Below are positions 30,830 through 40,458 of a DNA stretch of 64,000 bases, one piece after another. This DNA is from an uncultured Acidobacteriota bacterium (GTDB lineage Bacteria; Acidobacteriota; UBA6911). A program made the position numbers and the translations under genes. The number at the start of each line of letters is the position of its first letter. Position 1 is the stretch's first letter. The notes beneath the pieces were generated by a model that saw only the letters and a program-made list of their open reading frames with translations, searched no databases and was not told where the DNA came from. The DNA lies in contig CAWEJX010000020.1 of assembly GCA_963809485.1 (NCBI GenBank), forward strand, positions 992,001-1,056,000. Reading direction: 5' to 3'.

Positions 30830-31618
30830 GTGTCTCAAACGGTGAACGGTGACGCGTTTGTTCTTCAACGACGGGCACTTCCTGGAGGCCATCATACGGT
30901 GTTTTTTCAGCAGGTACTGCACGCCATGGACGCTGAGGCGTTTTCCCATTGCGCTGGGAAACAGCACGTTACCTGCACCGCGTTGCGGCTCACGGAGCCA
31001 GGCCTTCAATATGGCGAGCGTGGATCGGGCAATAGGTGTGCACCGTTCTTTGCGGCCCTTGCCGATTACGCGTACGTGGGCCCCTGCGCCAAGGATAAGA
31101 TCTTCGCGTGTGAGGCCGGTCATCTCCGACAGGCGCAGACCCGTCTGTACGGCAACCAGAAGAAAGGCGTGATCGCGCCGGCCAGACCAGGTGCGCAGAT
31201 CCGGAGCGGCCAGCAAGGCATCGACTTCCGCACGTGTGAGGAACTGGACCAAGGTGCGCGTAAAACGTTTACTGGGAATGGCGAGCACCCGCTGGATCTG
31301 TGCAGAGTGAGCTGGTGCCTCAAACGCTGCATACCGAAAGAAGGAATGAAGCGCGGTGAGCCGTAGATTCCGGCTGCGAATGCTCAAGCCGTGATGTTTC
31401 TCGATGTCATCAAGAAACATCACAATTAAAGGGGCCTCGATCTCCTCGAAGTTTAGACGCGATGGTGGTTTGTGTATCCGCTGCTGGGCGAACTTCAGAA
31501 ACTGGCGGAAGGTATCGCGGTAGGAGCTGATGGTGTGGGGGCTCGCCTGGCGCTGCTGCATCAGGCGCTGTGTGAAGAAGCGTTCCAACAGCGGAGCGAG
31601 GTTAGTGCTGGTCGTCAT
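30830..31618 (-). pseudogene. Outer RitC, N-terminal part
   Basis: MTTSTNLAPLLERFF...VTVHRLRH, then interrupted by the inner RIT IR. Confidence 0.9.
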
Positions 31619-32562
31619 GGCTGATGATCCTCCCAACGGTGCTCGAGCCGACGCATCGCCTCGCGCATCAGCTCCGGTGTGCCGCTCAAATACCACTGCG
31701 TATCAGCCACGTGCACATGGCCGAGGAAAGCGGACAAGAGAGGTAGTTTTCGCTCGGGGTCCTGATTGGATCGATACCAGTGCACGAGTGTGCGGGTCGC
31801 GAATCGATGCCTGAAGTCGTGCAGACGAGGGCCATGACTGTCGGATGGGCCGCGCAGACCGATCTGCCGGGACAGCGCATAAAACGTTCGATGAATGTCT
31901 CCGCTATCCAACCGATTGCCCCAGCTTGAGACGAACAAGTAGGAGGACACCGGCCGCTGCGCCCAATGGCGTTTGCGTCTGCCGATGTAGTCTGCGAGCA
32001 CTTCGCAGGTCGACGCATGCAAAGGCACCAGACGGCTTTTACCAAACTTGGCGCCGCGGATGGTCAACACCGCTGCCTGGAGATCGACATCTCGTATCTC
32101 GAGGTTCCGCGCTTCGCCGAGGCGCAGGCCCGAAACACTGAGGAGCCCGAACAGACAGTAGTAGACCCAAGGGCGCAACTTGCTGCGTTCATAGCAGCAT
32201 TGCATGTTGAGCGCCGCGCGCAGCAGGCCACGAATCTCGGCATCGGAGTACAGATAGGGTCGCGCCCGCTTCGGCTGGAAGGGCAATAGGCCCTGCGCCG
32301 GGATCTGCGTTCGTGGATCGATCGCGCTGTAATAATGCGCAAATCCTCTTACGAAGCTCAGTCGACGAGCCCAGTGTGACGGTTGAACGTTCAACGGCTG
32401 TTGAGCCCAGGAAAGCGCCAGCGCCTGGGTGATGTAAGAAGCGCGGTGCTGCTCCATGAACATGACGAAATCAAGCAATCCCTTGTCGGCCTCATGCAGC
32501 TTGAAACCAAGATCTCGCCGCATGCGCACATATTCCTGCACGGCTTGCCGCAGCGTGGTCAT
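31615..32562 (-). CDS. Outer RitB tyrosine recombinase
   Basis: HDFRH and LGHVHVADTQWY motifs. Confidence 0.92.
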   Translation of the reverse strand: MTTLRQAVQEYVRMRRDLGFKLHEADKGLLDFVMFMEQHRASYITQALALSWAQQPLNVQPSHWARRLSFVRGFAHYYSAIDPRTQIPAQGLLPFQPKRARPYLYSDAEIRGLLRAALNMQCCYERSKLRPWVYYCLFGLLSVSGLRLGEARNLEIRDVDLQAAVLTIRGAKFGKSRLVPLHASTCEVLADYIGRRKRHWAQRPVSSYLFVSSWGNRLDSGDIHRTFYALSRQIGLRGPSDSHGPRLHDFRHRFATRTLVHWYRSNQDPERKLPLLSAFLGHVHVADTQWYLSGTPELMREAMRRLEHRWEDHQP

Positions 32563-33797
32563 CGCGCACCTCCCGGCCACGGCAATGCGAGTGTCCGTAA
32601 CGCCTTGAGGTCCACTTTGGTATAGATCATCGTGGTCTGGGGACTGCGATGCCTAAGCACTTCGCCGATTTCCGTCAGCGATGCACCGTGGCGCAACATC
32701 TGGGTTGCCAGGGCGTGGCGAAACTGATGAGCGCCCGTCGTCGGGGCCTGAATGCCGGCGCGCCGGAGCGCATGACGAACGATCGAACTAATAGCACACT
32801 GGCTCAGAAATCCGCGCATGGGAGCTTTGCCGCGCAAGAACATGCGGCGACTGTTGCTATGCGGGCGTCCGTGGCGCAGGTACCCCGCAATTGCCTCGCC
32901 GACATCCACTGGAAGAGGAAGTGCGGTCCGTTGGCCACCTTTCCCTCGAATGCTTACTTGGCCGGCGTCCCAATCAATATCGTCCAGGTCGAGAAAGGCT
33001 ACTTCACCTGAACGCAATCCCAGTCGTGCGAGCAGGAGCAATATGGCGTAATCGCGACGTCCGATCGCGGTGCGTCGATTGATGCTGGACAGTAGCTGAC
33101 GCACCTGGTCCATCCCAATCGCCCGGGGAATCGATGGCATCGACCAGTTGGCTACGATGGGAACGGCAGCAGCCAAATCCAGCGTCACTTCCCCGCAATA
33201 GCGCGTGTAACGCAGGAAGGAACGCAACGCGCTGGTGAGAAGCTTCGCGCGCTTCAAATGCAGATGAGACGCTTGGTGCTGGACGAATCTCACGACATCG
33301 CCGGCGCTCAGTCGTGAGAGCATCACAGGCCCGTTACCGAAACGATTCGTGAGAAACCCACGAATAAACGGCACGTAGTTGATGATGGTTGGTTTGGCCA
33401 GGGCGCGCACTCCGTGCAAGTACTGCTCGTACGCTTGCGCGCACTGCTCCGCCGGGGTCAATGGGCGGGGCGATATCTCCTCGGCGGGAATCACGCCTTC
33501 ACGGCGCAGAAAATCAATGAGGTGCCTGAGTGCGCCGCTATCGCCTGCGATAGGCCGTAACCGCCGAGCACGATAGCGCAGATACCGCGAGGGATGATCG
33601 GAACTAATGTGGCGCAGCGGAACTCCTGTTTTGTTTAGCCAGTGGCTGAAGCACGCAGCGAGCAGAACTTGCCGGTAAATCGAATATGGAGCATATCCCT
33701 GTGCGCTTTGCGATTTTGCAAACGCGCCGATGTATGGCGCAAGCGGACCATCCGGTGCCCGCGACAGAACCAGTTGGTCATTTATGACAAATCTCAT
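32559..33797 (-). CDS. Outer RitA tyrosine recombinase
   Basis: HQFRH and LRHRSPQTTMIY motifs. Confidence 0.92.
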   Translation of the reverse strand: MRFVINDQLVLSRAPDGPLAPYIGAFAKSQSAQGYAPYSIYRQVLLAACFSHWLNKTGVPLRHISSDHPSRYLRYRARRLRPIAGDSGALRHLIDFLRREGVIPAEEISPRPLTPAEQCAQAYEQYLHGVRALAKPTIINYVPFIRGFLTNRFGNGPVMLSRLSAGDVVRFVQHQASHLHLKRAKLLTSALRSFLRYTRYCGEVTLDLAAAVPIVANWSMPSIPRAIGMDQVRQLLSSINRRTAIGRRDYAILLLLARLGLRSGEVAFLDLDDIDWDAGQVSIRGKGGQRTALPLPVDVGEAIAGYLRHGRPHSNSRRMFLRGKAPMRGFLSQCAISSIVRHALRRAGIQAPTTGAHQFRHALATQMLRHGASLTEIGEVLRHRSPQTTMIYTKVDLKALRTLALPWPGGAR

Positions 33798-33924
33798 GGT
33801 GGACTCCTTTCCCCCCTGCATGGGGATGACAAGGAGTCAATACTATGTCGCTATAGCATCAGGCGGATTCCAGCAAAAACGAGGTCGGCGCGGCAGAACG
33901 AGACATAGTCAGGAAGGGTAGATA

Positions 33925-34611
33925 GTGCCGTAAAACATGCGGGTGGACCTTCTTTACAAGCCCGCATCGTTTCGCGGCTCGCAGACACGCCTGCCATGGG
34001 ACTTTAGTCGTGATCGGGGTTGAGGATGTATGATGTCTTCCTCCCGGAAACAGCCACTCTTTTGGTCGGTGTTGTTTCCAATGTTCGCGCAGCGCTTCGT
34101 ACAACACCTGGCTGAGCATCACCTCGCGATCTTTCAGTCCTTTGCCGCGGACTCTAATGACCATTCTTTTGCTGTCAATGTCGCTAATTCGCATATTTGC
34201 CAGCTCAGCACGCCGCACTCCGGTGGCATACAACGTCATCAGTATTACACGGTGAAACGGGAGATCAGCGGATTCGATCAGAAGACCGACTTCTTCAGGG
34301 CTCAATATGTGCGGCAAACTGATCACTCTTTTTGGATAAGGAGTTTCTGCCGTGTTCCATGGCCGATGCAGGGTCTTTACGAAGAAGAAACGCAGGGCAG
34401 CAAGGCGCTGGTTGACCGTGTTAGGAGATAGTTTCTTGTCAGTGAACAGGTGTGCTTGGTAGTGCCGGATGTGTTCCAGGCCTAATTTGTCTGGAGGGCA
34501 GTTGAAATATAATGCAAAATCTTCGATGCCTCGGATGTAGCATTCACGCGTGGCGTCCGAATAGTTCCGTCGCACGAGTTCCTCGATCGTAATTGTTCTT
34601 AAATGAGTCAT
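33925..34611 (-). pseudogene. Tyrosine integrase of the type usually paired with IS91-like transposases, truncated at HVLRH by the RIT
   Basis: N-terminal SAM-like domain (RRNYSDATRECY), YATGVRRAE and VHPHVLRH; the catalytic Tyr region is missing. Confidence 0.85.
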
Positions 34612-34867
34612 GGTTTTCTCCTTGTATGACTCACGATATCGTCATTCTTCACCTCCATGTTCGTGTAAAGACGCGAAGCGTCCGCCGCGCAGCGGCTACG
34701 TTCAAGTCCCGATCTGGGAAACTATGCCCGCGATGATTCCTGGCAGCCGGCGGACCTGCGTCATAGTGCGAGCGGGAATTCGGCACCGGCGCAAGGCTGT
34801 AGATCAAATCCTGGCCGGTGCCTTTGAGGCAGAACCGTAATACATCCGGAGACCTTCCAAGCCGCCG

Positions 34868-35254
34868 CTACTTCTTCGTAATCTTAAAATCGCCGTTTCG
34901 ATTATCGTGTTTCCAAGTGCCCGTCATCGTGCCGCCCTCAACCTTCCCGTCGATCACGTAGTGGATCTGATTTCCTCTGCGGTTTGTTGCATCAGCCTCA
35001 AAGTGAATGGCATCTGTTTTGGGATCAAAGGTGGCTTTTTTGAGCTCGACTGCATTCGCACCGGGATTAACGGTTCCGGTTAGGTTCTTTCCATCCCATT
35101 TCAGCTCAACAGTGACCTGATTGCGGTCAGTCACACTCGGTCCCCAATCGCCCGCCCAGGTGCCGTTTAAGGGGTCATCTGCAGCATTCAAAGAGACAAC
35201 AGAAACGCCGGCTACCAGAAATACTGCCAGAAGTGCCAATTGTAGAGTTTTCAT
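34868..35254 (-). CDS. Secreted beta-rich hypothetical protein
   Basis: Signal peptide; RBS GGAGG; GTWAGDWG...GDFKITKK. Confidence 0.78.
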   Translation of the reverse strand: MKTLQLALLAVFLVAGVSVVSLNAADDPLNGTWAGDWGPSVTDRNQVTVELKWDGKNLTGTVNPGANAVELKKATFDPKTDAIHFEADATNRRGNQIHYVIDGKVEGGTMTGTWKHDNRNGDFKITKK

Positions 35255-35829
35255 CGTCTAAGTCCTCCATGAGTGAGTTGGTGTAAAGAATAGGCGACCG
35301 CCGGAGGGGTCGGCGGCCAGCCTCTCGGTACCTCCCCTACCGCCGCAAGCCGTGAGCAACTGGATATTCCAAAAGCACGGCACGTTATCGGGACCGATCC
35401 TGTTCGCAAATACATTCGGTTTCCTTTGGCGAAGAGACATGCCTAAATCTGTACCGCGGCGTCCCCGGTCAATTCTACCACGAAGCTATTTCCTCGGGAG
35501 TGTCCGGATTGGTGATCCGCCAACCAAGCGTCCAAGGAAACGTGGCCGTAGGATTGATGTTTTGGCGGCCTGCGGACGGTTCGCGAGAAATGCTCTCGCG
35601 CCATATAAAGAGCGGCGGAAAGTGGTACCTCGTGGATCCTGCAACCTGCACCACACTCAAGCTGCTTTAACAGGACGATACGCCCAGAAATGGATGCCGG
35701 ACAGACAGATCCCGCCGATCGGCCCTTAACATTGCTGCAGTCCCAACCACTGGCCGGTATGTCAGCGCTGACCGTCCCAAGGTTGTCATTGCCCCGAAGT
35801 CCCGTCCTATGAAAGCGGATGTCAAGGAC

Positions 35830-36205
35830 AAATTTCTCCGTTCCAGGCGCGAGGGAAAATTTTTATTCCGCGATATCCAGCCGCTGCTCGTAATCGTACC
35901 CCGCTGATCCTGCAGTTCAGCCCTATTGAACGACGGACATTTGCTGCACGTGAATGGTTGCAACACAACCAGGGGCATTTCAGATCCTCCGAGACTTTAA
36001 AAGCGCTTGCGGCAGTTTGCCGACCATGGTCCTATCTGAGGCTCGAGCCTATTGCTTTATTCGGTCATGCGAGGGGGCCTAGGATTCGAGTGGAACCTGG
36101 CTTTTGCCGGCTACGGGACTTCTTGAGGCTCACCCCCGACCTCGCGTCTCGTGTGGAAATCATCTTGATTTGCCACAGCTGCTTACAACCTATTCCCGAG
36201 ACGCT
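35830..36205 (-). ncRNA. Candidate bridge/seek RNA region of the IS110 element
   Basis: Long noncoding segment between the transposase stop and the right end, where IS1111-type guide RNAs are encoded. Confidence 0.5.
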
Positions 36206-37267
36206 TTATGCCGCGTGCGACGAAATAGTCAATTTTTTGGGATCGTAGCGTTCTCCTCTTTTCCAAAGTGCTAATGTGATAGCGGCGATCTTCCTGGCCA
36301 GAGTCAGACGTGCTAATGATTCTGGAGTGCCGTTTTCGATCATGGCACTGAAACGAGATTTCCATTGACCCACCGCGGCGGTTTTAGCGGCACCTTTGAA
36401 TACTGATTTCAGCACCCGGTTGTAGTTGCGATTCAGGCCGCGAACGAGAGGTCGTTTTTTGGATTTGGAAATGTTTCCATTAATCAGCTCGTACTCCGAA
36501 CTTGCTTTGGTGATCACCGACAACCCGCAGTAGGTCCAGAATTGTTTTCTGGTGCGAAAGCGGTGGGGAGTGCCGGCAATTCCGAGAATCACCGCTGCAC
36601 GCAAAGGACCGATCCCCGGAGCGCTTCGAAGAACTTTAGTGTCTGCATGTTTGCGTGCTTCGGCCAGTAGTTCCTTTTCTGCCTCATCTCGTAAAGTGTC
36701 CAAAGACGCAAGTTGTTCCAATAGCCTTTTGGCTCGCGCACGTACCGCCTGATTCTCCAGCTTGTCAAGCCAACTTTCTCGTTCCTCTGATTTGTAAACG
36801 CCTTCGCCGCTGCAGTCGATTCCCCTGCCTCGAAATATCGCTTTTAGCCGATTTTTTATCCTGGTTACGTCTTGAACAATTCCGTTATAGCTTCGGACAA
36901 GTTCCTTCACAGCCGTTGTGCTATGTTCTCCATGATAAACTGGCGTCAGACTATTTGTGCGTAGAAGTTCTGCCAGTAGTTTTGCATCAATTTTGTCGTT
37001 CTTAATTCCACGGTTAACAATCTTCCTTGGATCGCACACCACAACATTGGCTACGTGGGGTCGGATTAGATCGTACAGCCAGGCTGCATAGGTCCCTTCT
37101 TCAAAAGCCACATGCAATGTGCCCCGCTGACCATGCATAAAGTCAAGTATGGCCTCTGATGTTGTTTTGACCAAAGCTTCAGTCAATTTTTCACCCTGGC
37201 TGTTCAAAACAACAATAACTGTGATTGCCTTATGCACATCCATCCCGATATACTTGAGTGCATTCAT
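36206..37267 (-). CDS. IS110 family DEDD transposase/recombinase
   Basis: YIGMDVHK, VAFEEG, KNDKIDA, PGIGPLRA and YCGL....SS motifs. Confidence 0.93.
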   Translation of the reverse strand: MNALKYIGMDVHKAITVIVVLNSQGEKLTEALVKTTSEAILDFMHGQRGTLHVAFEEGTYAAWLYDLIRPHVANVVVCDPRKIVNRGIKNDKIDAKLLAELLRTNSLTPVYHGEHSTTAVKELVRSYNGIVQDVTRIKNRLKAIFRGRGIDCSGEGVYKSEERESWLDKLENQAVRARAKRLLEQLASLDTLRDEAEKELLAEARKHADTKVLRSAPGIGPLRAAVILGIAGTPHRFRTRKQFWTYCGLSVITKASSEYELINGNISKSKKRPLVRGLNRNYNRVLKSVFKGAAKTAAVGQWKSRFSAMIENGTPESLARLTLARKIAAITLALWKRGERYDPKKLTISSHAA

Positions 37268-37352
37268 AGGACGCTCCTTTGGTGATTTGGAATTTGAAGC
37301 CACATTGACCTTATCACTATTGGAGCGTCTTTTTTTCATATTTCTTATTCCG

Positions 37353-37361
37353 TGATATAAT
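37353..37361 (+). promoter_or_regulatory. Extended -10 promoter (TGaTATAAT)
   Basis: Consensus TGnTATAAT immediately before the structured noncoding region. Confidence 0.6.
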
Positions 37362-37365
37362 TGTT

Positions 37366-37490
37366 CCCGCCTGGTGAAACGGAGTCAGGCTCTGCGGGGA
37401 CGCAACCTTACAAGGGATAGCCAGGCCGACGGTGCGTCGACCAAGCACCTGAGGCCTCTGACAATCGAAACGTCAGAGGCTTTTTCTTTT
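37366..37490 (+). ncRNA. Candidate ~120-nt structured small RNA of unknown family
   Basis: Promoter upstream, internal stems, possible GGTGC/GCACC pseudoknot, intrinsic terminator at its end. Confidence 0.55.
37453..37490 (+). terminator. Rho-independent terminator
   Basis: GCCTCTGAC-N9-GTCAGAGGC followed by TTTTTTCTTT. Confidence 0.8.
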
Positions 37491-37857
37491 ATGGCTCGAA
37501 CACCGGAGCTATGCCTTATAAAATCCCGGGGATTGTGGCAGAGCTCCGACGGCTGTCGTTTTGTGACAGCCGCTTTCCCTCGCATTCCACCCCTGATCAT
37601 TACTCGGGGGCGTGCTTTCATAATGCGTTCGAGGAAGTTATTGCTCAACAATCGAATCCGTCGTTTGGCAGGGCTGTCTGGTCACTTTATTCGAACCCTA
37701 ACGCAGGAGTTTGCGGTCTCCACCAAGAGTCTTTTTTGAACATCTTCCTTTTCGGCGCTGCTGAATTTGATCTGGATCTGATACTCGATACCATTTTGTA
37801 CCCACCATAAATTCAGAACTCCTGACATGGTCCAGCAATAAATTGTCCGCCTTTTGA

Positions 37858-40125
37858 TCAGGTCGCAGGTTCGCCAACAGCGAATTGGATCCGGAGCTTT
37901 GTGCCTGGAAATCTTGTCGATGTCTTGTTCAACTCCTGGCACACTGCGGCGATTGCCCGCGAGCGGTGAGGCGAACTCAGGGGGGCTAATGTCACCCGAA
38001 GCTCCTTGTCAGTCGGTTCGATCGTGGCAGCGCTCCTGAGCGCAGTCTGGATTAGAGTGCGTCCCTCGTCCTCGGTGCGCGGATAGACAGGCCGCAAGAT
38101 CTCCACAAGGCTTCCCTCGATTTGATAGGCTACCATCTTCAGGATATCGCTCAGATGTTTCCTTTCAACCGACAGCTTCATTGCCTGTTCAGCCTGTGGG
38201 GATTCGGACAGGAGAATTCGAGCCGGCATGGATTTCTGCCGTTTGACCAGTCGGGCGATTTCGGCGGCCGCTTCGAAGAGCTCCCGCTGAATTTCCCTTT
38301 CGGCCGCGGTAAAAGCACGCATGGTTGGGGTGCGTCCTTCGAGGTAGTCCAATGCTGCAGAACCATACCGCTCTTGCAGTTTCGCGAGATGGCTGCGAGC
38401 CTTTCGGAGTTCTTTATCAACCACTTTTCGTGCCGGATTGGGAATGGAACGGTTCGGGTCGTCTGGTTCAGCTTCGTAATCTACGAGGGCATCAATCAGG
38501 AACTCCTGCCGCATGTACTTAAAGAAATTCTCCCGCCGCCATCGATCAAACATGCGATACGCCACGACGATATCACGTAATTTCCAGCGACTCGTCAGAA
38601 CCGCGGTTTGATGGCCGGTTTCCGTTAGTCTGGTGACTTGACGGAGCCGGAGCTTGCCTTTCAGGAACCGGACCGCTTGATCATGAAGCAAGTATTGCAG
38701 GCGGCGGCCGTTGAATTTTGCCTTTCGAAGCATAAATCTCTTCTCGGAGATTTTGTGGAAACCAGCCTTGCGGTAAGTAAGGATGTCAAATCCCATATCG
38801 AGAATGGTCAGGAATAGCCGTGGGGAAAAGCCGCCTCGGTCGAACACGACCGTCAATCGCCGTTGCGGACCGACAAGATTGCGGACCTGCTCGAGGATCG
38901 GCACAAGTATGCGCGTCATGGCCGCATTGGCTTCTGCGGTGACCAAGAACAGTGGATCTCCCTTCTGGTCGTTGATCCAGTAATCGGTGGTGCCGGGGGC
39001 AGCGATTCGTCTACGGGTCACGTAGGCTTTCGGAATCATGCGCTTACCGTGATAGGCGCGAACGTGCCCGTCAACATAGAGAAATCCTAGCGTTCGTCCC
39101 CGCTCGGCAACGCGGCGACGAGCCAGTTCAATTCCAAATTCCCGGCTTTTTTTCATAGAGGCAAGACGGGCGAACTTGCGTCTCAGGGTTTTTACCTCGA
39201 GCATTCGATCCAGTCCGATAATGCGGCCGAGGTCTCCGGGAGAATGTTCCTTGAGTGTTTCCGGGCGTGGGATACGCAGCAATGCAAGCAGTACCAGGGT
39301 GACGATTGTTGTACGCAATCCGTAGAATGCCGGCCCGATGGAGGAGTAGATCTTGTGTGCCGCGGTTAGCACGCCGCTATTGACCAGGGACGGTATTGCG
39401 AGCAGAACGCCGGCTCCGGGAAGGTTCTCCGTCCGCGCAAATAAGGGAGCGGCATCCTCAAGCTTTCCCATCGCGGCCAGTAGCCGATCCAAGGAACGGT
39501 CGAGCGGGTTACGGTCGAAGCTGACTGGGAGATGCTCATTTGCACTATTATCATTGGCGGTTGTCACGACCACGGAAGGCTCATTTAGGCCTGACGGTGA
39601 TTTTATCGGTCCTATAACATCGTCCTTCATTGTCTCAAACGGCGGGCAGATTACCGTTTGAGACTTCCATCCAAGGCGGCGCAACCGTTTCCGGATCGCC
39701 TTCTCGGAAAATCCCAGCTTTACAGCAATCGAACGATTGCTGAGGCCTCGTTCTTTGAGCTGGAGGATCGTCCGATCCCGCCCCTGCATTTGCGGAGGGC
39801 CATTCTGAAAGGGACGTCCGCGAGGTCGTCCAAGAGCTGCGATCCCGCCGGACTCGATCCGTTCCTGGTATCGTCGGAGGGTTCGCGGCGTGCAGCCGAA
39901 TACCCGGGCGATGTCGTTTTGATCCGCATATCCCGCCTCGAACAACGTAACCATCGCACATTCCTGCGCTGCATGGTCCGCCACGTCATAGTGCATCAGA
40001 ACGAGTCCTTGCAGGAATACTGCTCGCCGGGATCCTTCGGTCCGGATGCTGACCCTATCATTGAGAACAACCGTCCCGCTTGGCGGGCTCGAAAACTCAA
40101 GAAGTTTGCGCTGTTGGGCTGTCAT
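37858..40125 (-). CDS. Large DDE-type transposase with N-terminal HTH domains (family not assigned)
   Basis: LYVDGH, VVFDRGG and RWRRENFFK DDE triad; two HTH regions. Confidence 0.82.
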   Translation of the reverse strand: MTAQQRKLLEFSSPPSGTVVLNDRVSIRTEGSRRAVFLQGLVLMHYDVADHAAQECAMVTLFEAGYADQNDIARVFGCTPRTLRRYQERIESGGIAALGRPRGRPFQNGPPQMQGRDRTILQLKERGLSNRSIAVKLGFSEKAIRKRLRRLGWKSQTVICPPFETMKDDVIGPIKSPSGLNEPSVVVTTANDNSANEHLPVSFDRNPLDRSLDRLLAAMGKLEDAAPLFARTENLPGAGVLLAIPSLVNSGVLTAAHKIYSSIGPAFYGLRTTIVTLVLLALLRIPRPETLKEHSPGDLGRIIGLDRMLEVKTLRRKFARLASMKKSREFGIELARRRVAERGRTLGFLYVDGHVRAYHGKRMIPKAYVTRRRIAAPGTTDYWINDQKGDPLFLVTAEANAAMTRILVPILEQVRNLVGPQRRLTVVFDRGGFSPRLFLTILDMGFDILTYRKAGFHKISEKRFMLRKAKFNGRRLQYLLHDQAVRFLKGKLRLRQVTRLTETGHQTAVLTSRWKLRDIVVAYRMFDRWRRENFFKYMRQEFLIDALVDYEAEPDDPNRSIPNPARKVVDKELRKARSHLAKLQERYGSAALDYLEGRTPTMRAFTAAEREIQRELFEAAAEIARLVKRQKSMPARILLSESPQAEQAMKLSVERKHLSDILKMVAYQIEGSLVEILRPVYPRTEDEGRTLIQTALRSAATIEPTDKELRVTLAPLSSPHRSRAIAAVCQELNKTSTRFPGTKLRIQFAVGEPAT

Positions 40126-40168
40126 GGTCGATCAGCATGACCGACCATGGGATCCAGGCCAAATATTG

Positions 40169-40458
40169 AAAAAGCGGACAGTTTTCGGTCCGCACCAAAA
40201 TCTAAACAGTCATGCCAAATTATGTTCTTTTTGGAATACCTCTGATTGACCTATAAGCCACATCTGGCGTGGGTTTGCGGCGATCCGAGCATACCTGCTT
40301 ACGCAAAAAGCGGACAGTTTTTGGTCCGCACTTGAGCCACGATAAGATGCTGGCGTATTGACGATTTTATACAGAGGGCGTCAGAGTGGATTGTAGTGAT
40401 ACGCCTACCTTTTCACATCTTCGCCAGATGAAAAAAGCGGACAGTTTTTGGTCCGCAC
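40169..40458. repeat. Three 27-bp subterminal repeats AAAAAGCGGACAGTTTTYGGTCCGCAC
   Basis: Copies at 40169-40195, 40305-40331 and 40432-40458; a degenerate inverted copy at ~37829-37855. Confidence 0.9.

Larger units (their letters stand above)
27402..30836 (+). mobile_element. Inner RIT element inserted into outer ritC
   Basis: 41-bp IR GAGACACTATGCCGGGTTCCGGACTATGCCGGGTAAAGCGA at 27402-27442 and 30796-30836; TATGCCG repeats. Confidence 0.92.
27047..33927 (-). mobile_element. Outer RIT element (recombinase-in-trio)
   Basis: Perfect 26-bp IR CACTATCTACCCTTCCTGACTATGTC at 27047-27072 and 33902-33927; three tyrosine recombinase genes. Confidence 0.9.
35807..37345 (-). mobile_element. IS110 family (IS1111-like) element
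   Basis: Short subterminal IR TATGAAA/TTTCATA, CT core at both ends, outward TTGACA (35820-35825), ~400-bp noncoding 3' region. Confidence 0.7.

Noticed and set aside
33859-34611. Integron integrase with attC cassettes
   Set aside because: No IntI-specific insertion is visible and no convincing attC sites were found; isolated GTTRRRY-like words occur by chance.
37366-37450. Firm call as SRP RNA or c-di-GMP-I riboswitch
   Set aside because: It lacks the GNRA/AGCAG geometry of SRP helix 8 and the GGCAAA P1 motif of GEMM-I; kept only as an unknown RNA.
40169-40458. Three 27-bp palindromic repeats as a mini-CRISPR
   Set aside because: Spacing of about 100-110 bp is too long, and the repeats lie inside the IS ends.
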